NCBI GenBank assembly: GCA_010356995.1
Contig: ML996694.1
Location: forward strand, 1,115,224-1,169,901
Length of the DNA stretch: 54,678 nt
Direction of reading: 5' to 3'
From: Trichodelitschia bisporula
Lineage: Eukaryota
This document shows positions 1-12,837 of the stretch, piece by piece (position 1 is the stretch's first letter; each line of letters opens with the position of its first letter). The position numbers and the translations under genes were made by a program. The notes beneath the pieces are model-generated. The model saw nothing but the letters and a program-made list of their open reading frames with translations. It was not told where the DNA came from and searched no databases.

Positions 1-832
1 TTAGACACATCCTCCTTCTTCTTGCCCTCGGCAATGGCGGTGGCCTCCTTGGTGAGACGCTCCTTCTTCTCAGCCTTGGTCTCAGGGCGGTACTTGTTCA
101 GCAACTTGAAGACCTGAGCGGCCTGGTTGCGGTCGAGCACGTTCTGAAACTGAGCAATCGCAGGAGGGACCTTGAGGCGCCTGGCTCTATTAGTACTTGT
201 GCAGAACAATTTCTTGGGAAGTCCTTACAGGTTCAAGATCTTGCGCTGGCGCTGAAGACGAACATACTCCGGCCACTTCACCATGCGAGACACTATTGAA
301 CCGTAAGCCTATGCACTTTTGATAAGACGCTTCACTGACGGTTGCGGTGGGGCTGGATGTCCTGGCCGATGCCATAGTTGCGCGGGCGCTTCTCGATGAG
401 CGGGTTCTTCGCATCGGTTAGCATTGACGCGCTTGGAAGCACAGATAACTTACCTTGGCCGGCTTCTTGGACGAAGTCTTCCCCTGGGGGAAAGGAGCGG
501 GAGCCGCCTTCTTGCTCTTCGGTGCCTATGCAAGCCCAAGTTACTCCATGTTTCCTCGGCTGTCATTGAGAGAAGGGGACCAAGAGCATTCGTGCGTATT
601 GAGTCCTCTTCATCTCTAAAGAGACAGAGCGGCGCATTGCTGCGTCGCCCCACTCAAGCCATTCTCGTCATCCACGCCGAGTGACGGCTCCGAGCGCTTG
701 TGAGGCACCACGGAGGAGCACCTGAAAGTGTGGTGCGATTGTGGGAACAAGGCGCGAAGCAGGAGTTGGCCAGAGAGTAAAGAAGACTCAACCGTTTCGA
801 TTCTCTGGAGCATAAATCGAGCTGCTTACCAT
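1..832 (-). CDS. RPL8: 60S ribosomal protein eL8 (L7a/L8), 5' part; continues beyond the window start
   Basis: Spliced translation [115 protein letters not shown] introns at 829-526, 453-407, 339-293 and 228-181. ATG at 832-830. Confidence 0.97.
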
Positions 833-1131
833 TTTGTCGAGGTTGGTGATGGACGGTGTCGGTGGTCGAGGAGTGGAAAAGTTTCGTTGTGTGCGTGAGA
901 ACTTGAAGAGTGCTCGCCAAAAGCGGCCGCTAATACAGATAGGGACTAGCGTTGGACTTCGGATGGACCGTGCACTAGGCGACTTCCTTGGCATCCATGA
1001 GCCTTGCGTGCCTTAACAACAACATCTCATTTTCCTCGCATGCCTTTCAACCCGTTGCTGCTGTTCCACACAAGAACCACTGTGCATTCCTGGGGCGCCT
1101 ATACACGCCAGTAAGTCAGTTTGGACTAGTC

Positions 1132-2563
1132 ATGGAGCAGGCAACCTCGTCCAAACGGCTTCTTGAATGGTTTACCCAACACGGTGGTTTTGTGCATCCG
1201 TCGATCAGTCTGCATCATGATACCGTCAAGGGCCGCCACTTTTGCGCCGACACAGATTTGGACATCTCACCAGATGGCATGGCTGAAGTTTGCCGATGCC
1301 CGGCAAAACTCTCTCTTTCTCATCTCAACCTTCTCCCGTCGCCTGACCTTGACGTGCGGAACTGTTCAAGTGAGAGCGACTGTGCCGCTTTGATCGGCGC
1401 AGTTGCCCACAATACTGCTAGCTACTTCTTTCTAATTGAGCAGAGGCTGAAGGGAATGGATAGCTTTTGGGAGTCATACATCAGTACATTGCCAGTGGAG
1501 CAGGACATGTCTACACCCTTGTGGTTTGAGCATGAAGACCTGAAATGGCTTATTGGGACAAATATGTACCCTCACCCCGATATACACAACTCGCCAGTGG
1601 TGTTGAGGAGGAAAATGTGGGAGAAACAATGGGAGGAAGGATGTTCTATCCTCAAAGCGAAGGGCGTTAATGAAAATGCATATACTTGGTATGTTTTATT
1701 GACCGAACATCCAGCAAGGCTGAGTTTTGGCCTCAAATCAATTTGCTCCCACCCAGAAACTTCATTAATTTGTACAGGGAACTATTCCTATGGGCAGCCA
1801 CGATATTCACATCCAGGAGTTTCACGTCCAACGTCTTGGGCTTGCGAAGCGAAGCATTCGCTCTCCTCTATCCAGTGATTGATACCTTCAATCATCGATT
1901 TGGGGCTAAGGTTATGTGGAATCTGAACGGAGGATCTTTCAGTCTCAGCCTCACGGAATCCGCCCAACGTGGCGAAGAAATTTGCAATAATTATGCGCCG
2001 AAAGGCAACGAAGAATGTGCGTATGATAAAGCCATGCAGATCTGTACTAAAGCAAAACAGTGCTCATGGGATATGGCTTTTGTATCATGGACAACCCTTG
2101 TGATCAGGTGGCCATAAGTCTCTCGGAGCCCCCGAGTCAGGTCTATGAGGTGTTGAAGCAGTCCTTCCCCGCCAGCTTCACAACGCCCGAATGGAACCGG
2201 AACGAGGGTACTTTTTTCCTGCGAGGTCGCGGTCATTACACTGGCGGCTACACCCATGACCTCCCGTGCCTACGCGGGCTGCCCCCTGAGTTTTTTGTCG
2301 CAATACTTGAGCTCGTGCGATTATCCTTTTCGAAGCGGACTGGGGAAGAACCGCCGTCGGACCAAGAACTGGTGTGTTCCTCTATAGATTCTGTGCGTTT
2401 TCGGCTGCATCAAAACCGTAACGACATTGCTGCGTGGATCCCAACCCTGCCTGATGGACCTCAGAACATTCGCCAAGTGTATTCTAAAATTTACCGAGAT
2501 GGCCAACTGCGGATCTTGGAGGAGATCATCGAAGAACTTAGCGAATACTTGGATGCCTTCTAG
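1132..2563 (+). CDS. SET-domain protein lysine methyltransferase (Rkm/Efm1/SETD3-like, non-histone type)
   Basis: Motifs LLEWFTQHGG, SFWESYISTLP, FTSRSF, LYPVIDTFNH and NNYAPKGNEELLMGYGF after removing GT-AG introns 1689-1777 and 2017-2060. Confidence 0.85.
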
Positions 2564-2836
2564 CATGTGTCAGATTGGTGTTCTGCTTGGCCTGGCTTGA
2601 AGATCGATAGTTTTGGCTTAAGACGATAGGGTCAAGGGGCCGGCGATCTGACTTCACAAGAAGGGTTTAGACAATGATATAGTGACAACAGTTCTATTCA
2701 CACTGCAGATGCTACATGCAGCGTGATCATTGCCATAAACCCGGTACCGTACTCCGAGCTCCAAACTAGCTATTGGGTATATCGGGTAACCCTTGACAAC
2801 AAAAACCAGCAGCCACAAACTGAAGGGCCCGTGAGA

Positions 2837-4296
2837 TCAATCGAGCTTGCTCCTGCCACGTTTGCGCTGCTCCTGGCTCTCCTTTCTTCTCCGCCATTGC
2901 CATTCCAACAAGACAGGCATAAAGTGCCAGAGATCAAATTCCGGCCACATGCACTCAAGGAACACTATCTCCGTAGTTTCATGGCATTGCCACAGCATGA
3001 AGTCGCTGAGCCTTTCGACACCGCTTGTACGGATTAGCAAGTCCAAGGGCGGGGTATGCGCTCCTGTGAATGTGTGCGCCGTCAGAACGTCCGCAGTAAT
3101 GGTTTCGGGGTCCGGATAGTTGACAGGTGGCGCAGCGGGCGCGCTTGGTGGATCGCTGGAGCTGAGGTAGAGGGTAGTCGAAGCTGAAGAGCCGAGGTCG
3201 GGCTGCGGAGACCAGTCCTGGATTCGCTCTGCCAGAGAAAGGAGCTCGGCAAAGGCGGTTGAAGAAATATAGCCGAGAGTAGCGGTCACCGCCTCCTTCT
3301 TCTCGTCCTCGTCCAGTGATGGGTTCTTCAGTCGCTCAAGAATCAAGCAACCGGCCTTACGGCCGAAAGAATTCGCAAAAGACACGTCGTCTTCCTGTGA
3401 GCTTCGAATATTCTCAGTGGCTATGCTGACAATACGATCAAAGGCAGCTTTCGATTCTGGGTTCGAGGGGGTATAATTCCATTCCTCGTCGTCCAGCCGC
3501 GCGAAATCATTGTGCGCATCCTCATCGCCTTCGGTCACAGTTCCTAGCTGCCGAGCTCGGATGTTGCGTGCAATATGCGATTCCGAGAAGGGGCGCTTGG
3601 TCGAGTTTTGAATTGGTTTTGTGTAGTCGACAACAGTGTTCCGGATGGCAGTGGTAATTTCATCTCGCGAGGTGTATGGGGCGCAAATGTTCAGGACCGC
3701 TCTGTAGCGCGGTAAGTGCTGTGGCTTCTCCGACACGCTCAAAGACTAACCGAGAGTTCCCGCTTGTCATCTTTATGGCATTTTCAATGGCGTCCAGCAC
3801 ATCAGGCCGGACCATTTCTTTCTGACCCAGGAACTCCATCCTTGCGCCATAACGCTCCAGAAGCTCGCCATGCTGCGCAAGCTGTGACAGCTTCACCTTG
3901 GCCATATCCATGAGCGCGTCAACTTCGTATTTTGTACGCTTGAAGTTCTCAATGCTGAAGGCGTATATCGTCACAACTTTAACGCCAATTTTGTAGCACA
4001 CCTCGAGAATCTGACAACACCCTGCTATTAGCGCCTTGAACCAGCTAGAACACTTTGAGACCTATCCCGACCTTTGCCAATGCTTCAAAACCGAGGTTGT
4101 GTCCTTCAATCGGCTCAATTTGGTGACTTCGGGCAAACCGTCGGTTGCCGTCCATGACGAAAGCGACATGCTGAGGCACGGCTCCTTGACGCATTGCGCC
4201 TAGGAGAAGCTCCCTAACGTGCTGAACAGCCCACTCCGCTGGTGGCGATTGCAGAAACCATTTGCGTATTTGCGACAGGTGTAGCGAAGAGGACAT
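2837..4296 (-). CDS. RER2: cis-prenyltransferase / dehydrodolichyl diphosphate synthase catalytic subunit
   Basis: Motifs VPQHVAFVMDGNRRFAR, YAFSIENFKR, YTSRDEI, DLLIRTSGVERLSDFMLWQ and WPEF. Introns at 4071-4011 and about 3751-3703. Confidence 0.93.
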
Positions 4297-4799
4297 GTTG
4301 GTACTTTTGCAGGAGAAGTGAAAGTCGCAAACGGGGAAACAAGAGGAGCGACAGGCTGTAGCTCCAGGTATGAGCCCAGTGTTAATTATAAATGAATGGC
4401 AGACGAAAACATGTGGAAAGTACAGTAGCTCAGACGGAAGCTTGTTGACTAAAGTCTTGAAGGCTGACGTTGCGGCTTTAGAAGTACCGCCGGTGTTCTC
4501 CTGATGCCAAGGGTCAGCTCTGATTTTATTCCTTGCAGGCTGGCCTCGGGAAAACTTCCGTCAGCGCGCATCCGCCACAGCTTCCCGGCGTCGCCTGACA
4601 GGACGCGCGGACGCAAGGTTCTATCTTATCTTCCTCTGTACTCCCATCATCTTCAGTTCTTAAACATCGCATTACTTTGTACTACAGGATACCCACATCC
4701 GACTTCTGCCTACCCTTTCAGCTCGATCCCGACTATGCAGTAGAACCTCCCACGCGCCGCTTCTCACTGTCGACTCGCAGCTGCTCCGTTATCTCCGTC

Positions 4800-6374
4800 A
4801 TGGATACCCGCAGTCCAGAAGCCCCCGACCAACTCGTCGACCAACTTGTCAAAGGCTATGATGCTTTGAGCGCAGAATTGAAGCTACTCCAAGAGCAGCG
4901 CCGTGAACTGGAAAACAAACTCTCCTGGTCTAAGCAACAGGTAAGCTTACGATCCTGAACCGCACCCCCAGGTCCGGCAGTGGCATGCAGCATCCACCTT
5001 GCACGAGATCTTGTGCCAATACTCTTCTCCAAAGAACTTCATTAAATTGTGCCGCAGTATCTCGATGCTCTAAAGCGATTCACCCCCGAGAAGGCATCAA
5101 AGGACTTCCATACCTTCCTCACTGAACTCGATGAAGCCGGCGCTCTTCGACAGGAAGATCAGGTGGAATGGTTAGAAGTGATGTCCAAGAGTCCAGACCC
5201 TGACCGACAATCGCGAGTCTACATCATTCAAAGGGCCGAAGGCGCTAAGGAGAAGATCAAACACCGCAGGACGACGGAGCAAGGCGTCAGAATATGGAAT
5301 GGAAAGTCCGCGGACCCTGTTGAGCACGACTTCACAACACCAGGGACTCCAGGGCCTCTAAAGTGTCCATTTGCTTCATCTACTAGCCGCGCGAATTCGA
5401 CTGCTCCCGTCTCTCCCCACCGCCGGAACGGAGTCGCGACCCCTCGGAGCTCCATGTCCAGGGTGTCCCTCCCCGGACGACGGTCAAAGCGATCGTCGTT
5501 CCACGATCCTATCCGCGCAGAGATATGCGGCCATGAGCCAGCTGCATCAGCCCCCTCCGCCGAAGGATCGGTCCCGCTTTGTCCCATCCGATTCCTCAAC
5601 CAGCACTCTCCTGAAGAGGTTGCGGTTTACTTTGAAAAGCACAAACACGAGCTTCCCCGAAGCCACGAGCTGTGCGTAAAGCGGTATCAAACAAATGAGG
5701 AAAGCATCCGCCGGCTCGACGCTAAATATGGCAATCTGGTCACCATGATCCAAGGCCTCGGTCAGAAACATCAACCTATGCTCCCGGAAAAGCCGGATGA
5801 CGAAGACATCGCTGTGGAGGACGCCCCCAATGACATGGAAAAAGTCAAGGATTGGGCAAATTCTGTGAGTCCGGGCCTCGTGGATGAGGAGCAAGCCGTC
5901 AACGACGATAATCGCGTCGATCAAGAGCGACAGTCTCGTTTTGATCGAACCTTGAAAGATGTTAGAGTGGGTGAATCACCCAGCAGGCCTTGGGGTATCC
6001 CAGTTCCAGCCCGTTACCAGGGAGCAAGAAGCGTGGGGTCGGCGAAGTCTGCTGGTACAGCTTCTCCATTTGAGACCCGTGAGGCAGCGGACGGTGGCCT
6101 CAAGGAGCAGAAAGCGCCAGGGAAGTGCCCATTCAACTTTCAAAAGACGACCATTGCCGCAGCTCCGCCAGCTTCTTCAATGGCTCCCTCCGAACCTCTG
6201 TTGACACAGCCGATACCACATGCAGACCCCAGAGACCCACCACCGCCGGACCACAAAATCAGAGCAGCCGAACCACACCCGCAAGTTATCTTTAATGGGC
6301 CTGTTTTCATCGGGTATCCTGCGGAACAGGCGTTGGCGTTTCTGCGGCAGAGCGGACTCGGTGGCAACATTTGA
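4800..6374 (+). CDS. Fungal hypothetical protein (N-terminal coiled coil; CPIRFLNQHSPEEVA...HELPRSHELCV core)
   Basis: A coiled-coil exon (4800-4940) joins through GT-AG intron 4941-5057 to a 441-aa ORF. No function recognised. Confidence 0.75.
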
Positions 6375-7235
6375 GTTTTGTGATGCGTGAGTTCATAAAG
6401 CTTCGTACTCGATCTCTGCGCAGCGAGTCGGTCATCCTCCAGTAGCCATATCTTGGTTCGAATTGCATCAGTAGTTACCTGGGGGAAGAATGTATTGTAG
6501 AGCAGCATGAGTTATTCAGAATATGGATTGGGGAGGAAGCTGCATGTAAACGCCTAAACATTGTCCAGCACATTCAGAAGCAAAGGCGTTGGGCGTCTAG
6601 GCGTCTTGGCGTTTATGGCATAGCGCAGCGTAGTCATGACCTGGAGCTTCGTATGGAGTACAGTTTACTCACAAATATGTTTCATTTCCAGCGTCACGCG
6701 TGCTGTTGTCTCACTCCTTTCTCTGCGCCCAGCGATGGGGGTTCACAGCCGACAATCACGTGACAGCGATGCCGGCATGTATCGGAAGTCTGGCTGACTT
6801 ATCGATAGCACCTGGCGCCAGGCGACCTTAACAACCGCAACAGTCGCTTTCGCCTGCCACGCCTCACCCCAGCTGGACTGATTGAGGCTACCGTACAGAG
6901 GCAGCAGCCCAGTTTATGTTTTTACGCACCTGCTCTATCGGAGAGAAATCAAACACATATGTTCCTTCTTTGACAGTGACCTTTACTCCTCCAACCGCAC
7001 GCATCGCATACATAAGAGAGTGGCGAAACCATCGCCAACTGAAGCTTAGGCAGCTTCCATCATCGTCACCCAGCTTCCACTTGAGCTTCATAGGAATGGT
7101 TTGCCCACATACCTCGCCGACCACAGGATCATTTGTCGTATCACAGCACTCAGACCCCGCCGCCGAGCTTCTCCGCACAACTGGCCCCTTCGTAGCTCCA
7201 CCATCAGCGGCTACCACCTTTTACATCTCTTCAGC

Positions 7236-10200
7236 ATGTTCACTACATTTACCGGCTCCTCGAGAAAGCCGCGCCAGGTCAATCTATCCGGCCGTCAGGT
7301 GAACCCTTTCGCGAAACCTGGGACTCCCTCCGGCGCCCAGTCGGCGGTGCTGAATGCGCAACAAGCGCGCGAACGCAGACAGCGCGAACACGACCGGCTA
7401 CACTCTGCCAAAACTCTACAGCGCGTATGGCGAGGATACAGCTGCAGGCGAGGGCTACGGCAACAGCGGAGGCAAGAGTGGGATACTGAGGAAGCGTGGA
7501 ACCCGGATTCGCTGAATGTGCCGGACATCGCCGATGTGCCACTTTATGCGTCTGAGAGTCAGGTGTTAACGCAACTGCAACGCCTTGTGGATTTTTTCGA
7601 TGTCAAGGATCCTCAAGATCTGAGAAGGTTGCACCGATTTGGTTCACGATACGTTCAGACGGTACTTGCTGAGGGCGTAACCTTTACGGGGGGTGCATGG
7701 CCTTCAGTCCATCTGCGTCTACAGGGCGTGCTCTTATCTGTCATCGAGAAATGGGTACCGACTGGTGAAGATTATGCAGCAGTGGAGTTCATGGTGGAAT
7801 TTCTGGCCTTCCTATCCGGCCGGTTACCCGAGTTGACAGCTCGAAATGCAGAGCAACTGTACCGCACCTCCGCACTCCTTACGCACATTCTCATATCCCG
7901 AGATAATTTGCAGTCATCACCCGCAAGTCGAATCCTGGAGATTCTCATCGCTCCCCTTCGCGCACTGAACTCTAACACCCTCGAAGCTTATGAGGAATTT
8001 GCGTTTCGGTTCCTCACGCTCAAGGATGTTACCATGTCACCATTCCAGCCCGCGCAGCTAGACGTACTTGCTGATCGGATAAACTACAAGCTGTTGGCAA
8101 GCGCTGTCTCGGCTGCCCTCTCGTCGGGACGCTCGAAGCGCTACGAAGAAATGAGAGATAACGAAAGCCGCCTTAGCCTTCTAGGCTGCTTCATCTACTT
8201 CCACCGTCACGCGCACCGCTTCCATAATTCGCAAGCATACTCTTCGAACCAAGACTTCGTCACTGTAATCTCAAGATTGTTAGCATCCGTCGCCGAAGAC
8301 GTCGACTTTGATGATTTTACCAGCCCATCCGAGAAGCGGGACCAGAGGGTAGAGTCAAAGATCGTCAACTCATTCGTTCAAGCGCAGATTCTTTCACTGG
8401 TTAATAAGGAGAGCATCGGAAGCTTGCTCTGGGGAGTTAGCAATCAAGAGGCTGTGCCGGAGGCATTGCCAAAGATGAATAGTGAGGCGAAGCAGCTGGC
8501 TAATTACGCTCTCACCCTCCTCAGGTTCTTCCCTAGAAAAGGAGACGACATCCGGATGTGGCTCTATCTCGGCTCAACTTCATCAACCGCACATCGTTCG
8601 GAGGAGAACTTGCCCGCAATAAAGTTCTTCTGGCAAGCAGCGCGCTCCACGACAGTTTTCGGTTCGGTTAGCCATGACACACAAACAGCCATCCAGCTGC
8701 TAAAATCGCGGCCGTCATGGAATGGGCACACGGACGAGGCGTATGCAGAGCGACTCCGGGATGACTGGCGAGTGATTTTGATCTTTCTCGAACTCTACAC
8801 TTTTGTCCTCAAATTGATGGACGACGAAGAATTTTTCTCTGCCTCGACACTCAGGCCTTCTGCCCGGGACTCGGGCTCAACTTGGAATAGTCATAACGCC
8901 TTACCTCTCAGCGAAGTTAAGGAACTCTCGGTCTTCCTGAAGAACCTGGGTTTTGTCATGTACTTTCACGCCGCCCAGATTGCGGAGAAGAGTGGTACCG
9001 AGAGGAATGCTGCCGGCCTTAGCAGCTTCTTCAAAGTTGCATCTTCAGATGCACTCCACCTGGAAGACCTTTCACCTCCACTGAAGCCGACCGAGACGAC
9101 TATCGCCGGTTTAGCTGGCATCAGTATCGATTACGTCAAGGGTCTTATCACCGGCTTGCTGCGAATGATTCATGAGCGAGACTCTCGTCGCAAATTTCTT
9201 CCAAAGGATCACTGGCTCATGACTTCTCGTCTGGATATGGAAAGCTTCATTCCGGATGTCGTGGCCGAGGAGGAGAACAGGTACAAGGTTCAAGAGATGG
9301 ACGACGAAGATGTGGTGGATGAGCCTCTTTTGGAACCTGGAAGCAGCGATATGCACCTTGTTGGCACAGGACGGGACCAGCGCCTGCGGTATCTGCAGCG
9401 CCTGGAAAGACAACAGCGGGCTGTTTCGAGAACGAGATACCTCCAGGCCGTTGCCCCGCGGTCGCAAGTTCTCCAGAACATGCCTTTCTTCATTCCGTTT
9501 CCTACTCGAGTGCAGATATTCCGCGAGTTCGTAAAGCGCGATCAAGTGAGTTGAACCTTGTGCTGGCGCAGAAGAACACTAACCTCGTGTAGATCCGACG
9601 GCGAAATGGCGTGATTGATCCGGACACCTGGCGCCTGACACTGGGGGGGTTCAGATCCGGTGAAAGCTTGTCAAAACATTCGGCAACTATCCGACGGCAG
9701 CATGAGTTTGAGGATGCGTACCAGGCATTCTACTCATTGAAGGAAAAGCTCAAGGAGCCCATCCAGATTACGTTCGTCGATCAATTCGGCACCCCTGAAG
9801 CTGGTATCGATGGTGGTGGTGTCACTAAGGAGTTCCTGACCAGCGTCACCAGCCAAGCTTTCTCATTCATTGACGGATTAAACATGTTTGTTGAGAATGA
9901 GCATCACCTTCTCTACCCCAATCCAGACGCCCTCGAGGAAAAGAAGGTAATGCTCCTGCGACAGGGATATCCAGAGAATTCTCTCGAGTTCCGGCAGCAA
10001 ATGACCGAATTCCTGCACCGATACGAGTTCTTAGGCCGGGTCATTGGAAAGTGTCTGTATGAGGGTATTCTCGTTGACATCAACTTTGCCGGCTTCTTCT
10101 TGCTCAAATGGGCGCTGACGGGAGGACTTGGATCTGCTCCGCGGGAGTCTGGCTACCGTGCGAATCTCAATGATCTTCGCGATTTGGATGAAGCGTTGTA

Positions 10201-10934
10201 CCAAGGTCTTGTAAGCTGCGCCACTTGCTTTCCGGAATATGGCTCACATCTCATAGATCCAACTCAAAAATTACCCTGGCGACGTGGAGGACTTCTCGCT
10301 AAACTTTTCCGTCACCGACACCATTACCACCGACTATGAAACCGGTGCGACTAAGAACATCACACGAGAACTCAAGCCTGGGGGCGCGGATATCCCAGTC
10401 ACCAATGAAAACCGACTGGTGTACATATCCTACATGGCACGCTATCGACTTCAAATCCAGCCGGCCGCCCAAACCTCGGCCTTCCTCAAAGGTCTTTCCA
10501 CGATGATCCACCCGTCATGGCTCAACATGTTCAACCAGTCGGAGCTGCAGACGCTGATCGGCGGAAGCAGCTCTTCGATCGACGTTGCCGACCTCCGGCG
10601 CAATACCGTGTATGGGGGTCCATACGAGATTGGTGACGACGGTCTAGAGCATCCGACGGTCCAGCTCTTCTGGCAGGTCATGGAAAGCTTCACAGACGAG
10701 GAACGTCGTGCGGTGCTCAAGTTCGTGACGAGCACGCCCCGCGCGCCGCTCCTTGGCTTCTCGAGCTTGAACCCGCGCTTCAGTATCCGCGATTCCGGTG
10801 ACGACGAGACCCGGCTGCCGAGCGCCAGCACGTGCATCAATCTGCTCAAGCTGCCGCGATACTCGAATGCGGCGACGCTGAGGGAGAAGCTACTGTATGC
10901 TGCGTTCTCTGGGGCGGGATTTGATCTTTCGTGA
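7236..10934 (+). CDS. HUL5: HECT E3 ubiquitin ligase with IQ motif (HUL5/UBE3C-like)
   Basis: N-terminal FTGSSRKPRQVNLSGR, IQ-like LQRVWRGY, and HECT motifs EAGIDGGGVTKEF, LKFVTS and RLPSASTCINLLKLP...GAGFDLS. Introns 9546-9592 and 10211-10256. Confidence 0.92.
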
Positions 10935-12100
10935 GGGGCATGGACGTTTTATACGAAGGACCGAAGGCTACCCCAAAAAGCTATTGCACCCCCCTCTGCG
11001 GCTTTTGGTAAGTGTTCTGCCAAAGGCTATCGGTGGAGGGGTGACAAGACTTTTTTGGGGGGTAGAGCCCTTGGACCTCCGCGTTTGACCTGTTTTTCTG
11101 GGCCGAGAGGATTCGTTGCATTTTGAAGGCGTTCGATTGAGGACCGCTGGCCATTAGCGATTAGATTCTACGAATGATGACCGAGATTCCCTGTTCTTAG
11201 TTGCCTTGTATTGCGCAACCGTGACTGCCGCCGCCGACGGAGATTGCCGTGATGTAGTCGCAGTAAGCTTTTGCACAACATCGGGAAGTGCCGTCTTCTT
11301 CACGTGGGGGTGTGATTTGGGGCATGCACGGCATGTTGCGGGGTTTATGAAATTCACATGCGACATGTACCGGCCATGTGCGGTTTGTGCAGTTTCGTAC
11401 GTTGTCAGATGATTCTGGAAACGCGTACGTGGAAGTTCCTTCGCTCCACGACCTCGGTCTCAGAACTGTTGCAAGAAGAAAGTTGCCTTCCCGTGGCATG
11501 CGACCTCGCTGTCATCATTCACGTTGGCAGTCTTGGATTCTTGGGAGTGAGATGTGACGACATTGCGGTGTGCCGGATTCAGACGGACACATAACCCGAG
11601 AAGAGCAGGCTAATCGAGCTCGATCCGCCGTAACATCGCAGGCCAGGATGCGAGGTCGATGATGTGCAAGCTCAAACCACGCAAAATGCCAAAACGCGCA
11701 ACCGGCTCCAGCCTAACGTACGATGGATCACATATAGTTTTACGTGCATATCTGCAGGCTTCAAAGCGTTAAAAAGACCCAGAAGCCCTTGGAAGCGGAG
11801 GCTCGCTCCGGTCTGCGTTTGTGATGGTGAGGTTCGGCGACTTTCTTTACGGGCTGACACGACCGGTGCGGGTTGGGATTCCCGTTTCAACAGCTTGGAT
11901 GCAGGCTCGGCATCATACGCTTAACCGTGCTAGTCATTAAAAGTAAAATCTTGAGTTGCTCGCATCTAGGCTTCCGCATAAAATTTCTCACAGTCGGGAC
12001 TCCTGCCGCGCTGCCGAGTATTTATCTCGGACGTATCCAGCAACACGACCGCTGGGCAAAGAGATACTGCGACGCGCAACCGCGCTCCCTTTTACGGGTA

Positions 12101-12837
12101 CGGACTGCGACTGCGCCGCAGCATAAGTGGATCCACCGCCGTGGTCGCGACCAGCGGGCCTTAGGGACGGACGGACGGCGGAAAGTTCCCAAGGGACATC
12201 TCGGTTGGATGGCGCGCGCGAGGCAAGAGAAATTTACCGTGCGAGAATGTCCGTCCGGAGTCGTCCGCGGATCGCGGGTCTCCCGCGTCTATCAACTGGC
12301 GCGGTCCCTTGGACATTATTCTCAGTCAACTAGGACTAGCTACCTAATGGTTCCAGATGCTGGAGTGGGTTCACTAGGTCTTGCAAATTGCAATGTTGGG
12401 GCTGCGAGGGATGGCGCGCTACAACGGTGCGGGAGTGCGGGGGGCTTCGAGGTCTCGGACGGGAGTTGCTCCTCGCGTGAAGTGCGAGCTCGACGCGAGA
12501 CTTGGGAAGGCTTGGAAACGTAGGCAAGGAGTTAAGGGGCAGATGGGTGGGCGATAGTGTAGGGATGCAGAAGTGCATTATTCGGTCAGCTGTATAGCCG
12601 GGGATGGCTGATGGACGACCGGTGCGAAGCGATATGGGATACATTAATGACGTGGGAATCGGAGGAGCGCGATGGAAGCCGTGCCGATTGATTAGGCCTT
12701 GGGACGCAGTGGTCCATTTATGGACGAAACAGAGCGAGTAGAGCGCAAGCGCAAGAAGCACAAAATGATGCAGATTGGCACAATATGGATAAATGACATA
12801 GCTCCCGATTATCCCGGGCTCGGATAAGCTGTATCCG
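12101..12837. promoter_or_regulatory. Cluster of candidate zinc-cluster TF sites upstream of the PDR transporter
   Basis: CGG-N12-CCG at 12101-12118, 12268-12285 and 12583-12600; TCCGCGGA at 12264-12271; palindromic CGGATA-agctg-TATCCG at 12821-12837. Confidence 0.45.

Noticed and set aside
526..829. Box C/D snoRNA in the RPL8 intron
   Set aside because: I found no clean RUGAUGA...CUGA pair by eye; kept only as a structured-intron candidate.
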